Positions 27,391-37,167 of a DNA stretch of 64,000 nucleotides are shown in pieces. Within the stretch, counting starts at the first letter, position 1, and the number at the start of each line of letters is the position of its first letter. The translations under genes were made by a program, and so were the position numbers. Source of the DNA: a virus; IMG/VR virus record IMGVR_UViG_3300027319_000001, one strand, 5' to 3'. The notes under the pieces were generated by a model. It ran no database searches. It was not told where the DNA came from and was given only the letters and a program-made list of their open reading frames with translations.

Positions 27391-28467
27391 CTGGACACTC
27401 GGGCCGTCCCATCCGCACCAGATTGGATCGATGTGACCAAGTCAATCGTGTTCGCTGTCGCCGGGGGTGGCGACATCAAGCCCGAGACGGTCGAGTCGCT
27501 GCTTGACCACTTCCTTGAGGTAGACACGGACAACCCTCGTGATGTTGCCGCTGTCTACCTCCCTGCCGATGTCAGGCTGACCACTAGCGCCGTCCGTTAC
27601 GCAGCCCGGTGGATGGATGACGTTGGCCTGCCCTACATCGCTGTCAGAGGTGATCGTCCCGGACGTTTTGGCCGGGAGATCGCTGATGGGGCTCAGGAGG
27701 TCATCACCGGTGAGTCGGTCGTAGACGCACTGCGCTCCCACAAGGACGACGACGTCGACATCTACCTCCTGCTTGCGTGGGGCGATGACCCTGAGCAGGC
27801 AGCAGACGTGGAGACAGAGGATCTCCTCACCAACGCGCACGAGTCCGGCATCACTGTGCTGGATCTCAACGCCGGGCTTGATGAGATCGTTGTGGACGAT
27901 GGATCCGAGGACCAGGATGACGAGCAGCCTTCGGAATTCTCGTCCGACGTAGACGAAGAACCTGGGCCGTCCGACGACAAGAGCGAAGCTCCTGACCTCC
28001 CTGAGCTGAACGAGGAGACCCAGGAGCTGGAGCCCACCGACGAGGCACAGGCCACGATCCGGCCGTCGGAGCCGACTGAAAAGGACGAGGCAGACGTCCC
28101 GGACCTGGCCACCACGCTGTCCTTTGTGTACCTGGCCATGTCCAGTCTGGACCGTGCGATTGCCGCACTGCGGATGGAACATCCGCGCTTCAGCCCGATT
28201 ACCAGGGTGGTCCGGCACCACCTCCACCAGATGCTCAAGGACGACCTGCCGTCCACTGTGGACGAGCTGGACAAGCTGATTGAGGAGACTCGCCCGAAGC
28301 TGCGTGGAAAGCCTCGCGACACCTCATCCGATGAGGTCAATGTCCTGATTGACCGGGACAAAAAGACCATTCGCCTCGCTGGCCGGGGCCGCCCTCGTAA
28401 GGGTGAGGTTCAGGAGCGCATGACACGCGCAGAATTCGAAAAGCTTGCCACCGACTGGGGGAGCTGA
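27388..28467 (+). CDS. Highly acidic early protein with C-terminal AT-hook-like motif
   Basis: First ORF after the structural module; DDGSEDQDDEQPSEFSSDVDEEPGPSDDKSEAPDLPELNEETQELEPTDE; C-terminal RLAGRGRPRKG. Confidence 0.6.
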   Translation: MLDTRAVPSAPDWIDVTKSIVFAVAGGGDIKPETVESLLDHFLEVDTDNPRDVAAVYLPADVRLTTSAVRYAARWMDDVGLPYIAVRGDRPGRFGREIADGAQEVITGESVVDALRSHKDDDVDIYLLLAWGDDPEQAADVETEDLLTNAHESGITVLDLNAGLDEIVVDDGSEDQDDEQPSEFSSDVDEEPGPSDDKSEAPDLPELNEETQELEPTDEAQATIRPSEPTEKDEADVPDLATTLSFVYLAMSSLDRAIAALRMEHPRFSPITRVVRHHLHQMLKDDLPSTVDELDKLIEETRPKLRGKPRDTSSDEVNVLIDRDKKTIRLAGRGRPRKGEVQERMTRAEFEKLATDWGS

Positions 28468-28474
28468 AAAAGAA

Positions 28475-28515
28475 CCGCCCGCCGGGAGGAGGCGCACACG
28501 TAACCCGGCGGGCGG
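28475..28515 (+). terminator. GC-rich hairpin after the acidic-protein gene
   Basis: ccgcccgccggg 28475-28486 / cccggcgggcgg 28504-28515 with a 17-nt loop; no clear U-tract. Confidence 0.45.
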
Positions 28516-28642
28516 CTCAGACACCACCATCCACGCACCCAAGGAGGGCGAACGGGAGCACGGGGAAGGGAACCCGACCCACGAAAAAAGCATGACACAT
28601 AGTCGCCCTGAACGCAAATACGGTAGTTGATAGGCGGCAAAT

Positions 28643-29710
28643 TTGGCCATCTCAATCATCACGGAAGTCTGGAAGAAGGCTCCCCGGGACATCAAAAACA
28701 CCACACTTCTGGTGTTGCTGAAGCTGGCGGACAGCGCTTCCGAAGATTACCGGACAACATTCATCGGTGTCGACCGGATCGCCAGGGAGGTCCGGGCGTC
28801 TAAGAAGACTGTCTACAACGCTCTGCGAACCCTCGAGGACCGGGGAATCATCGAAACGATCATTGACGAGACTCCTCCAGGGCCGTATGAGTCTGCCGTC
28901 CGGTACATCACCCCGGCTGACACCTGGACTGAGCTCACAGAGCCGGACGAGGATGATGAGTTGGGATGCGTACCAACTGAGGAAAAAATTTCCTCAGTTG
29001 TGATGTCGGGTGACGGGAGTTGTGATGTATCAACTCCTGAGCGCGTACCAACTAGGGAAAAAATTTCACCTAAACCGTCATATATAGATAGTTATATATC
29101 TTTGAGTTATCCCCCTTCGGGGGATAACTCTGTCGCGCCGGGGGCGCGACAGGGGCGCAAGCGCCGCAAGAAGAAGAAGGCCAAGGGGACTGGGCATGAC
29201 CCCTACAACCCGGTTGAGAACCACCCGGATCTGATGGACCTGGTGGTCCGGGAAGAGCCTGAGCCGGAGCCCGAAACCCAGCATCGGTTCCAGATACCTG
29301 ACCGGGATTCCTCCCAGGGGCTGGCCTACTACTTCACATTCAGGCTGGGGCCGGTACTGGGCAAGCTTGGCCAGATGGACCTTGCCAATCGCACCGCCCT
29401 GGCTCGGGCTTTCAGCCGCTGGCTCAAGTCCGGGCTCAGCCCGGACTACATCCGGAAGATGATTGACGCCTACGCCAAAACCCCCGGATACCAGGCGGAC
29501 GGGGTCACCCCTTGGAAGGACTTCTTGGCCAAACGGGCTCTGCTGCATAAGCACGTGGAGCGTGCCGAGCGTGAGCGGCTTATGGACGACCCTGCGGGCT
29601 ACGAGGACCTGAAGTCCCAGCACGCGCCCTGGATTACTGAGAACGGAGAGTTTGACGAAGAGGCGTGGATGGCCTCCGTCATGGACGAAGTACGGAGGAA
29701 GGCCCGATGA
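28643..29710 (+). CDS. Putative replication initiator (winged-helix/HTH N-terminus)
   Basis: LLVLLKLADSA...IGVDRIAREVRASKKTVYNALRTLEDRGIIE; repeat/AT-rich ori-like tract inside the gene; DnaC-like loader follows. Confidence 0.55.
   Translation: MAISIITEVWKKAPRDIKNTTLLVLLKLADSASEDYRTTFIGVDRIAREVRASKKTVYNALRTLEDRGIIETIIDETPPGPYESAVRYITPADTWTELTEPDEDDELGCVPTEEKISSVVMSGDGSCDVSTPERVPTREKISPKPSYIDSYISLSYPPSGDNSVAPGARQGRKRRKKKKAKGTGHDPYNPVENHPDLMDLVVREEPEPEPETQHRFQIPDRDSSQGLAYYFTFRLGPVLGKLGQMDLANRTALARAFSRWLKSGLSPDYIRKMIDAYAKTPGYQADGVTPWKDFLAKRALLHKHVERAERERLMDDPAGYEDLKSQHAPWITENGEFDEEAWMASVMDEVRRKAR
28968..29152. promoter_or_regulatory. Candidate replication origin inside the initiator gene
   Basis: 25-bp repeat gcgtaccaact[ga/ag]ggaaaaaatttc at 28968 and 29043; agttgtgatgt at 28996 and 29018; AT-rich 29078-29103; hairpins 29104-29130 and 29130-29152. 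Confidence 0.5.
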
Positions 29711-30396
29711 GCGAGCAGGAGATCTACCAGCTGCCCATTGCGTCCGACGGCCCTGATTTGGCTCTTGCGATGCATCGGCGAGGGTTTCCTGCCAAGCACA
29801 TCGCGCGGGGGATTGACGCTTGGGATGCCCATGACGCAGCCTCAGAGCGCGCTAGAGAGCTTTGCAGGGCGTTCGTGGGGGATTGGGTCAACCGCACGCA
29901 GATAGGCCCTGAGAACGCACGTGAGCGGCTTGGGAAGGGTCTTCTGATTTACGGCACGCCCAGCACCGGGAAGACGACGCTGGCTTGCGCGGTAGCGTAC
30001 GAGATCCGCCGCCACGGCGCGGCCGTCCGGTTCATCACGGCGGCCGACTTCGTTGCCGCGCTAGGGGATGAAAACAAACTCCGTACGCTGGCCGAACGCG
30101 GTGATACGCGTGCGCTTGAGGAGTTCTGGGGGATCCGCCACCTGATCGCACATGTGCGGCGTGTGCCGCTGCTTGTGCTTGACGATCTCGGGCGTGAGCA
30201 CCGCACGGCTACCGACATGGCGCGCGATGAGATTGCGCGTCTTCTGCGGCAGCGGCATGCGGCCGCGAAACCCACCATCGTGACCACGAATTTCCCGCCG
30301 GATGCGTGGCGGGACTTGTACGACCCGGCAACAGCCGAATTCGCCTATGAGGCATTCGACATGATCAAACTTGTGGGGAAGGGGTTTCGGCGCTGA
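29707..30396 (+). CDS. DnaC/IstB-like AAA+ helicase loader
   Basis: ATGA overlap with the initiator; Walker A GTPSTGKTT, Walker B LLVLDDLG. Confidence 0.75.
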   Translation: MSEQEIYQLPIASDGPDLALAMHRRGFPAKHIARGIDAWDAHDAASERARELCRAFVGDWVNRTQIGPENARERLGKGLLIYGTPSTGKTTLACAVAYEIRRHGAAVRFITAADFVAALGDENKLRTLAERGDTRALEEFWGIRHLIAHVRRVPLLVLDDLGREHRTATDMARDEIARLLRQRHAAAKPTIVTTNFPPDAWRDLYDPATAEFAYEAFDMIKLVGKGFRR

Positions 30397-30677
30397 TGGT
30401 CATTAAAGATTCGCGCTGTTGCATCAAGGTTTTCCTGCGCAACGCCGTGGTTCCCAATCAGATCGGTCCGGAAGAACGCACGGAGGTCATCAACCGTATG
30501 GAGCGTCTGATGGCGGTCGCCGCCTGGGAACAGGGTTATTACTTCAAAGAGACGAACATGTTCGTCGTCGACCGTGGCGAAAACGGCACGGAATATGCCG
30601 TGTTAGGGATCGGTTTCCCGCGTAGACGGGATATACTCTTTCTCGACCCTGCGGAGTATGGCCATGGAGCATGGTGA
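30396..30677 (+). CDS. Hypothetical protein
   Basis: 93-aa ORF coupled (TGATG) to the previous gene. Confidence 0.5.
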   Translation: MVIKDSRCCIKVFLRNAVVPNQIGPEERTEVINRMERLMAVAAWEQGYYFKETNMFVVDRGENGTEYAVLGIGFPRRRDILFLDPAEYGHGAW

Positions 30678-31116
30678 CATCAGTAATCAGCTGCTTCCCA
30701 GGCTCCTGGTTGAGTGGGAGAACCTTCTTGGGATTCCTCCGCAGGATGCGAAATTCTGGAAGGATCCCTACCGTGTACGCAGATCATGGCGGCTTAAGGA
30801 TCCTTTGTCTCGGTGGCAGCTGAATGAGCTTGCCGCGAAGGCGATCACTAATCGTTCCTGGCTTGATTGCCAGGAGTATGAGGTGATCACCCTCGGTCCT
30901 CCGGAGTTCGCAGAGGCGCTTGCCAAGTATTTGGATCGTCAGGCTATCCCTGTTCGTTCTGTGTGGTCGTATGATCCGACCACGCTTGGCAAGAATTTGC
31001 CGAACATGAAGCACGTAGCTGCCATCTACACCGCCAACCCGCTGCACATCCTGAAGTACGGGCATTGGGGTCGTTTGGTTACTGAGCACAACGTCACGGA
31101 GATTGGGCGCTTCTGA
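30658..31116 (+). CDS. Hypothetical protein
   Basis: 152-aa ORF overlapping the previous one by 20 nt. Confidence 0.5.
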   Translation: MAMEHGDISNQLLPRLLVEWENLLGIPPQDAKFWKDPYRVRRSWRLKDPLSRWQLNELAAKAITNRSWLDCQEYEVITLGPPEFAEALAKYLDRQAIPVRSVWSYDPTTLGKNLPNMKHVAAIYTANPLHILKYGHWGRLVTEHNVTEIGRF

Positions 31117-32395
31117 CGTGGACGTTGAAAACCTTCTGATTTCCCGCGTGGTTGAAGAGGGGACACTCGGTCCCGCAGCTAACATCACTCCGGATTGGTT
31201 TTCCGACCCCGCGTCTGCTCGGGTCTGGAAGCTGATCCTGGAGCACGTTTCCAAGTATGGCAATGTTCCCTCTGTTGGGGTCGTCAAGTCCGATTACCCG
31301 ACCTACAAGCTGGTCAAGTCCCCTGAAGGGCTTGAGTACCTGACAGAGCGGATGGTCAAGCACCGGACTATGGCCATCATGGAACGTGCTATTCATGATG
31401 CCGCTCAGTACCACATGAGCGGGGATGTTGATCGTGTTCTTTCCAGGCTGCATGCGGCGCTCGCTGACGTTGCCAAGCTGGACATTCATTCAAGCGACGT
31501 TGATCTTGCAGAGAACATTGATGAGCGTCTGCAGCACTACCAGAAATTGTCTGAGCTGGCAGGTGGCCTTCGGGGCATTCCTAGCGGGTTTCCTTCTATT
31601 GACGAGTCACTTGGCGGTTTCCAGCCTGGCCAGCTGATCACATTCGTTGGTCCCCCTAAGGTCGGCAAAAGCACGTCGATGCTGCTCATGGCGAACGCCT
31701 CGAACATGAGCGGTAAGTCGCCACTGTTCGTCGGCTTCGAAATGAGCAATTTCGAGCAGATGGAACGCCTGGACGCCATTCGTGCGCAGGTGTCCCACAC
31801 TCGTCTGATCCGCGGTACGCTCAATCTTGTTGAACGGAAGAAGCTCGTTAAGGCTGTCAATCTTGCTAAGAGGCTCCCCTCTTTCTACCTGACGCAGGAC
31901 ACAGGGTCTGTAATGACCCTGACTGGTTTGAGGACAAAGATTGAGTCCGTCAAGCCGGACATCGTCTTCGTTGACGGTGTCTACATGATGCAGGACGAAA
32001 ACGGGGAGCCATCCGGGAGTCCTCAGGCCCTCACCAACATCACCCGTGGCTTGAAGCGCCTTGCGCAGCAGCTGCGACTTCCCATCGTCATTGCCACCCA
32101 GGCCCTTGAATCAAAAATGAGCGGAAACAAGCTGACTACGTATTCGGTCGGCTACAGCTCCAGTTTTGTACAGGACTCGGACGCTGTTTTTGGTGCAGAG
32201 CGTACCGAGGATCCGGGCATCATCAAGATCAAGCTGCTTCTTGCTCGTAATGCGCGTCCTATGGAAGCTTACTACCGGTGGATTTGGGATCCCCCGGTGT
32301 TTGAGGAGCTGCCGTATGACCCGTTTGGTGATGAGGGGGTCGCTGAAGAGTTCGGATCGTTCAAGGACGTTGACTTCTCGTTCTCGTACGCATGA
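31103..32395 (+). CDS. dnaB: DnaB-type replicative helicase
   Basis: GIPSGFPSIDESLGGFQPGQLITFVGPPKVGKST (Walker A), VFVDGVYMM; alternative start GTG 31118 just after the upstream stop. Confidence 0.85.
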   Translation: MGASDVDVENLLISRVVEEGTLGPAANITPDWFSDPASARVWKLILEHVSKYGNVPSVGVVKSDYPTYKLVKSPEGLEYLTERMVKHRTMAIMERAIHDAAQYHMSGDVDRVLSRLHAALADVAKLDIHSSDVDLAENIDERLQHYQKLSELAGGLRGIPSGFPSIDESLGGFQPGQLITFVGPPKVGKSTSMLLMANASNMSGKSPLFVGFEMSNFEQMERLDAIRAQVSHTRLIRGTLNLVERKKLVKAVNLAKRLPSFYLTQDTGSVMTLTGLRTKIESVKPDIVFVDGVYMMQDENGEPSGSPQALTNITRGLKRLAQQLRLPIVIATQALESKMSGNKLTTYSVGYSSSFVQDSDAVFGAERTEDPGIIKIKLLLARNARPMEAYYRWIWDPPVFEELPYDPFGDEGVAEEFGSFKDVDFSFSYA

Positions 32396-33390
32396 TGAGG
32401 GGAAGAACTAGCCTTCGTAGGAAACCTCGGGAATCCAACAATGTGATCCCTGGGGACATCGTCGGGGCTGTTCACAAGCTCGGCATCAGGGTCAATCAGA
32501 TAACGGATTCAGGGGAAATAAATTGCTGGTGCCCGGCCCACTTTGAGCGGTTGGGCCGGGCCGACAGGAAGCCAAGCTTTAACATCAACATCGCCAAGGG
32601 CGTCTTCAACTGCTGGTCTTGTCACTTCTCCGGGAATTTTCCGCAGCTGGTCGCGTACATGCTTGGTGCGTCTATCGATGAGGCGATCAGCTGGATCCAC
32701 AAGCAGGGAACGATCCAAGCTGTTCCACGGATACTCGCCAAAAGAGAAAAAGACAGCAGTGTAGAGGAAATAAGCGAGGCATCGCTTGCTCTGTTCGTTC
32801 CACCACCTCGGTGGGCTCTGCGTCGGCGCAGACTGACCATTGAGGCATGCGAGCGCTATGGGGTTCTGTGGGATCGGGAGCGTGATCTTTGGATTATCCC
32901 AGTAAGGGATGAGACTGGAAAGCTTATCGGCTGGCAGGAAAAAGCCGAAGACTATCGGTACTTCAGTAACTACCCCAAGCGCTTGAAGAAGAGTCATTGC
33001 CTGTTCGGGCTGGAAACTGTCCCGGTGGGTGTTGACCGAATGTTTCTCCTGGAATCCCCGCTTGATGCCGTGCTGATGCACTCTCTTGGGTATGAGGGAG
33101 CTGTTTCTTCCTACGGTGCGAGCGTTTCCGACGAGCAGTTCAAGCTCGTTCTTAAGCGGACAGACTTGCTTATCTCGCTATTCGATGATGATGCTCCTGG
33201 CCGTCAGGCTCGGGACAAACTGTACGGAAGGTATATGGGAAGCGGGCTGAGGATTGCCGTTCCCGACTACCGGAAAATTCCGGGCCTTAAGGGGAAAGAT
33301 CCGGGTGAGATGACCGAGGAACAGATCAGAATCATGGTGGAAACGGTGGTTCCGGCCACGCTTCTTCCCTTGCTTCGTGCACGGGAATAA
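32392..33390 (+). CDS. DNA primase (CHC2 zinc finger + Toprim)
   Basis: CWCPAH...CWSCHFSGN zinc finger; Toprim LLESPLDAV and LFDDDAPGRQA. Confidence 0.85.
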   Translation: MMRGRTSLRRKPRESNNVIPGDIVGAVHKLGIRVNQITDSGEINCWCPAHFERLGRADRKPSFNINIAKGVFNCWSCHFSGNFPQLVAYMLGASIDEAISWIHKQGTIQAVPRILAKREKDSSVEEISEASLALFVPPPRWALRRRRLTIEACERYGVLWDRERDLWIIPVRDETGKLIGWQEKAEDYRYFSNYPKRLKKSHCLFGLETVPVGVDRMFLLESPLDAVLMHSLGYEGAVSSYGASVSDEQFKLVLKRTDLLISLFDDDAPGRQARDKLYGRYMGSGLRIAVPDYRKIPGLKGKDPGEMTEEQIRIMVETVVPATLLPLLRARE

Positions 33391-33426
33391 CTCGAGTTGA
33401 TCCGCCGCGTTCAAGTTTGTGTGGTG

Positions 33427-34980
33427 ATGAAGGTCCCGCTTTACCCGTACCAGGAACCGGCGGTTGACAAGCTGATCGAACGCGGGAACTTCTTGCTCGC
33501 GTTTGATATGGGTCTGGGAAAGACGATCACGGCGATAGCGGCGGCCGAGGAACTGCTCGGACTCGGCAAGATTGATCAGGTGCTGGTCCTGTGTCCTGCC
33601 GGGCTGAAGTGGCAGTGGGCAGCCGCTATCGCCAAGTACACCGATGTTGCGACCGAGGAGATCAAGGCTGGTGAGGATTACCTCATCGTGCCTGAGGAAC
33701 GGTATTGCATCGTTGTTGACGGGGGGCCGGAGAAGCGTCGGCGCGCCTACGAGAAGATTTCGTCCCTCAATCCCCAGTACGTGATAGCCGGGTATCAGAC
33801 GGTCGTAACGGATCGAGCACAGTTCCTGCGGATGCGTCCGGGTCTGATCATCGCGGACGAGATGACCGTGATCAAAAATCCGGCAGCCAGGGTCACCCGG
33901 GCGGTCCGCAGGCTCAAAGCCCCCTACAAGCTCGGGCTTACCGGGACGCCTGTGGAGAATCGGCTGGAGGAGCTGTTCCAGCTTTATAGATGGCTAGATG
34001 CGGATTTGCTTGGCAGTGAGGTAGCCTTCGACCGGGCTTACATCATCCGCGACTATTGGGGGAACGTAAAAGGCTACCGTAATACGCATGTCCTTCACAA
34101 GAAGGTCGCTCCCGCCATGCTTCGGCTGCGCGCTGACGACCCCCAGGTCGCGCCGTACATGCCAAAGCTCGACAGGGAGCGCTGGACGGTCCGCATGGAT
34201 GATGCAACGGCGGCCGTGTACCGGAAGATCATGGCTGACCTCGCAGCCGAGCTTGAGCAGCTCCCGCGTCGGGAGCAGTTCGACGTCTTGTCCCATTACA
34301 ACGGTGATCGTCCGGATGAGCGGACTCCTGCGGGCCGCGTCATGGCGGTGCATCTGGCGGCTCAGCAGCTGCTGACCCATCCTCCGCTCCTGGAGAGCAG
34401 CCCATCTCGATACGCCAGAACGCTGGTGGATTCTGGGGTGCTGGCAGGTCTTCCTGAGTCCGCCAAGCTCCTCAAGCTGAAAGAGGAGGTCTCCAGGATC
34501 CTGCGGGATGACCCAGCGTCGAAGATCATCATCGTGACCCGGTTCCGGGGACTGTTGGCATACCTGGAAACCCTGTTTACCGGCCATGTCGTCTACCACG
34601 GAGGCATGAACGCAGCCAGCCGTCAGGCCGCCGTCAATGCTTTCCAGACCAATCCCGATCTCCGGCTCTTCCTCATGTCCCACGCTGGCGCGTACGGCGT
34701 CGACCTCCCCGCAGCGAACTGGTTGATCAACATTGACCCGGCTCGTAGCGCCGGGCAGCGTGCCCAGATTGACGCCCGGCACGTGCGTGCCAGCTCAGAG
34801 CATGAGCGTGTGAACGTGGTGGATCTTGTCACGGCGGGGACGATTGAGGAGCGCACCTATGATCGTCTCGACCTGCGGGGACGTGTGGCGCGGGCTGTTG
34901 TTGACGGTGCAGCTGGCGGCATGATCACTGAAGAGGTGACGAGCCTGAGCGAGCACATCCGGCAGGTTCTCGCTGCGTGA
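33427..34980 (+). CDS. SNF2-family helicase
   Basis: ATG 33427; DMGLGKT, DEMTVIKN, LTGTPVENRLEEL and a C-terminal helicase block. Confidence 0.85.
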   Translation: MKVPLYPYQEPAVDKLIERGNFLLAFDMGLGKTITAIAAAEELLGLGKIDQVLVLCPAGLKWQWAAAIAKYTDVATEEIKAGEDYLIVPEERYCIVVDGGPEKRRRAYEKISSLNPQYVIAGYQTVVTDRAQFLRMRPGLIIADEMTVIKNPAARVTRAVRRLKAPYKLGLTGTPVENRLEELFQLYRWLDADLLGSEVAFDRAYIIRDYWGNVKGYRNTHVLHKKVAPAMLRLRADDPQVAPYMPKLDRERWTVRMDDATAAVYRKIMADLAAELEQLPRREQFDVLSHYNGDRPDERTPAGRVMAVHLAAQQLLTHPPLLESSPSRYARTLVDSGVLAGLPESAKLLKLKEEVSRILRDDPASKIIIVTRFRGLLAYLETLFTGHVVYHGGMNAASRQAAVNAFQTNPDLRLFLMSHAGAYGVDLPAANWLINIDPARSAGQRAQIDARHVRASSEHERVNVVDLVTAGTIEERTYDRLDLRGRVARAVVDGAAGGMITEEVTSLSEHIRQVLAA

Positions 34981-35117
34981 CAGAATTGTTACCAATTTCT
35001 TGTTTGCCTGCGTCTGATCTGTATGTCCGTTTTGGTGCTAGTGTGACGCCATGTCTCCTCGTTGCCGATGTGGCGACACTAGCAAGCGCCTGTGGGAACG
35101 TTTCCATAACTGCGTAG

Positions 35118-35134
35118 AGTTGGTTAAACCAACT
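35118..35134. promoter_or_regulatory. Perfect 8+1+8 palindrome in a 300-bp AT-richer intergenic region
   Basis: agttggtt a aaccaact; same AGTTG/CAACT half-site as the dispersed motif family. Confidence 0.6.
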
Positions 35135-35283
35135 GTTATATGTCGTAGACCTCACAGAGTGTGACATTACAAATAAACAGGCGCAATCGTGCAAGATGGT
35201 GTTGTGTCCGGCCCAAAACCGGAGTAAAGTAACGCCCCCTTGTGGGGGCGTACCAACTACCGAGACGGAAAGGACGCTCCTGC

Positions 35284-35766
35284 ATGCGTCGTGCTCGCCG
35301 CCCTCGTCGTATTAGACGAGTCCGGACCAGCACCAGTGATGCCACTGTGGGCATTGCGAGATTGACCGACGCTGAGCGTCTTTTCCGTCAGCTTCTGCAG
35401 CTTGAGCATCTTATACGGCGCAAGGACGAGATCCGTCGTGAGCTGCTGAAGATTGCCGAGGAAAGCGGATCGGTAGATGAAAAGGGCTCGCAGTATGTGG
35501 AGCTGACCACTCCGCTGACTGTGGGCGACACCACCTATAAGGGCTTTGTCCGCCGTCGGAAAGTAAGCACCACTCTTGACGAGGACAGAGTTCGCCAGCT
35601 GGCCGAAGAGAAGGGAATCACGGACCTTATCTACCGGCAGGTGACCATCACGGAGCTGGATACGGACGCTCTCTACGCCTGCCAGCAAGAGGGCCGGATT
35701 ACTGAGGCAGAGCTGGAGTCCTGTATCCGCACCGAAATCAAGTACGCCCTGGAGAAGATCAAGTGA
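35284..35766 (+). CDS. Hypothetical protein (basic N-terminus, coiled-coil)
   Basis: ATG 35284 after ggaaaggac; 160 aa. Confidence 0.5.
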   Translation: MRRARRPRRIRRVRTSTSDATVGIARLTDAERLFRQLLQLEHLIRRKDEIRRELLKIAEESGSVDEKGSQYVELTTPLTVGDTTYKGFVRRRKVSTTLDEDRVRQLAEEKGITDLIYRQVTITELDTDALYACQQEGRITEAELESCIRTEIKYALEKIK

Positions 35767-36170
35767 CCACCACTGTCCCGAGCAGCCTTCCCTGGAAGCC
35801 GACACCCAGGACCGATGGCGGTCGTGACCCTCTTGCTGGGCTCAAGGCCAGGGAATACCCGGTCAACGGGAAGAGGGTTCAGTTTTTTGACATTGGTCAG
35901 CTGGCTAAGGCTCTGAACAGGGAGAGCGTCACTCTGCGAAAGTGGGAGCGGGAGGGGATCATTCCTAAGCCGACCTTCCGTAAGAAGGGGAAGGATATTC
36001 GGGGATCACGCCGCCTGTACACGCGAGCCCAGGTCATTGGGCTCATCAAGATTGCTATCGAGGAGGGCGTCTTCTACCCGCATCAGCGCCCGATCCGGGA
36101 GACGCAGTTCGCGGCGAAGGCGCACAAGCTGTTTGCGGACCTGCGGAGGGAAGAGGCGGTCGCTGCGTGA
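35763..36170 (+). CDS. MerR/excisionase-type HTH DNA-binding protein
   Basis: FFDIGQLAKALNRESVTLRKWEREGIIP. Confidence 0.6.
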   Translation: MTTTVPSSLPWKPTPRTDGGRDPLAGLKAREYPVNGKRVQFFDIGQLAKALNRESVTLRKWEREGIIPKPTFRKKGKDIRGSRRLYTRAQVIGLIKIAIEEGVFYPHQRPIRETQFAAKAHKLFADLRREEAVAA

Positions 36171-36397
36171 GGATATCTCGCACTATAACGCATCACATAA
36201 ATACCGGACCGTACGAATTCCGGGAAGATGCGATAACGGTAGAAATTTCCGACGAAGACTACCCTGGTAAGACGCCTGACGAGCTTCTTGATATCGCGGA
36301 AGAAATGATCAATGATCACTTCCGTCCGATTCTTAGGAAGATCTCGCAGTACGCGTCTGATGATAGTTATGTGCATCTGATGAAAGGTGATAGGTGA
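36167..36397 (+). CDS. Hypothetical protein
   Basis: 76-aa ORF, GTGA overlap with the previous gene. Confidence 0.45.
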   Translation: MRISRTITHHINTGPYEFREDAITVEISDEDYPGKTPDELLDIAEEMINDHFRPILRKISQYASDDSYVHLMKGDR

Positions 36398-36400
36398 TCA

Positions 36401-37084
36401 GTGATGGCGCGCCCTGTGCGTCGTGCCGTGAGGCGGCATGATGAGCCGTATGACTCTGACGTGGATGCGCCCGACAATTACGAGCAGCAGGGCTCTGCTT
36501 CACGTCCTGGTATCGTGCGGCGATCTTCCCAGGTGTCTCGCGGCTGGGACGCGGTTAAGCGTCTTTCTCATGCCACGCGTCGCACCAAGTACCTCAAGCT
36601 TGGTGATGGTGACTCGGTCACCGTGAAGTTCCTCGAAAAGGATCCATTCGCCACCTACCACGCTCATTGGGTCGGGGGAAAGACGTACACCGGTCCTGAG
36701 GAAGATTGCCCTCTGTGTGAGATCGGTGATCCGCCTCGGCATTACATCCTTTTCAACGTGGTGGATGTGGCCACGCGGGAGGTCATGATCTGGCGTACCG
36801 GTCTCCGTACCGCCAACACCCTCCATTCCTTTTCGGAAAAGCCCAGGACGAATCCGATCAACCGGGACGACCTGTACTGGGAGATCAAGCGGACCGGTAC
36901 CGGCGTCAGCACCAACTATCTGATTTATCCGGTTGACCAGTCCGTCGTGGAGGCGGATGGGCTCACGCTGATCGGAAAGGACGAGCTGGAGAGGCTTAAT
37001 GGGGAGGCATACGATGCCTCCGTTGTCTACTACAACTCCCGTGAGGAACTTGAGGACGTCGCTGATCAGCTGAGTTCTTCCTGA
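36401..37084 (+). CDS. Putative ssDNA-binding protein (T4 gp32-like OB fold with Zn site)
   Basis: KYLKLGDGDSVTVKFL...YHAHW...CPLCE...YILFNVVDV pattern and acidic C-terminal tail; ATG 36404 is an alternative start. Confidence 0.5.
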   Translation: MMARPVRRAVRRHDEPYDSDVDAPDNYEQQGSASRPGIVRRSSQVSRGWDAVKRLSHATRRTKYLKLGDGDSVTVKFLEKDPFATYHAHWVGGKTYTGPEEDCPLCEIGDPPRHYILFNVVDVATREVMIWRTGLRTANTLHSFSEKPRTNPINRDDLYWEIKRTGTGVSTNYLIYPVDQSVVEADGLTLIGKDELERLNGEAYDASVVYYNSREELEDVADQLSSS

Positions 37085-37093
37085 TCGGCACAA

Positions 37094-37138
37094 ACGGCCC
37101 GCTCGCTGGTGCCTGACCACCATCAGCGAGCGGGCCGT
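37094..37138 (+). terminator. 15-bp-stem hairpin between the SSB-like gene and polA
   Basis: acggcccgctcgctg 37094-37108 / cagcgagcgggccgt 37124-37138; no U-tract, so it could be an attenuator or processing site. Confidence 0.5.
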
Positions 37139-37167
37139 CACTTCCGCGCAATAATCAGAGGGGAATC

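Noticed and set aside
33427-34980. SNF2 helicase as the missing restriction (HsdR-like) subunit
   Set aside because: It lies 22 kb from hsdMS inside the replication operon, has phage-like rather than hsdM-like codon bias, and lacks a recognisable PD-(D/E)XK nuclease N-terminal domain.
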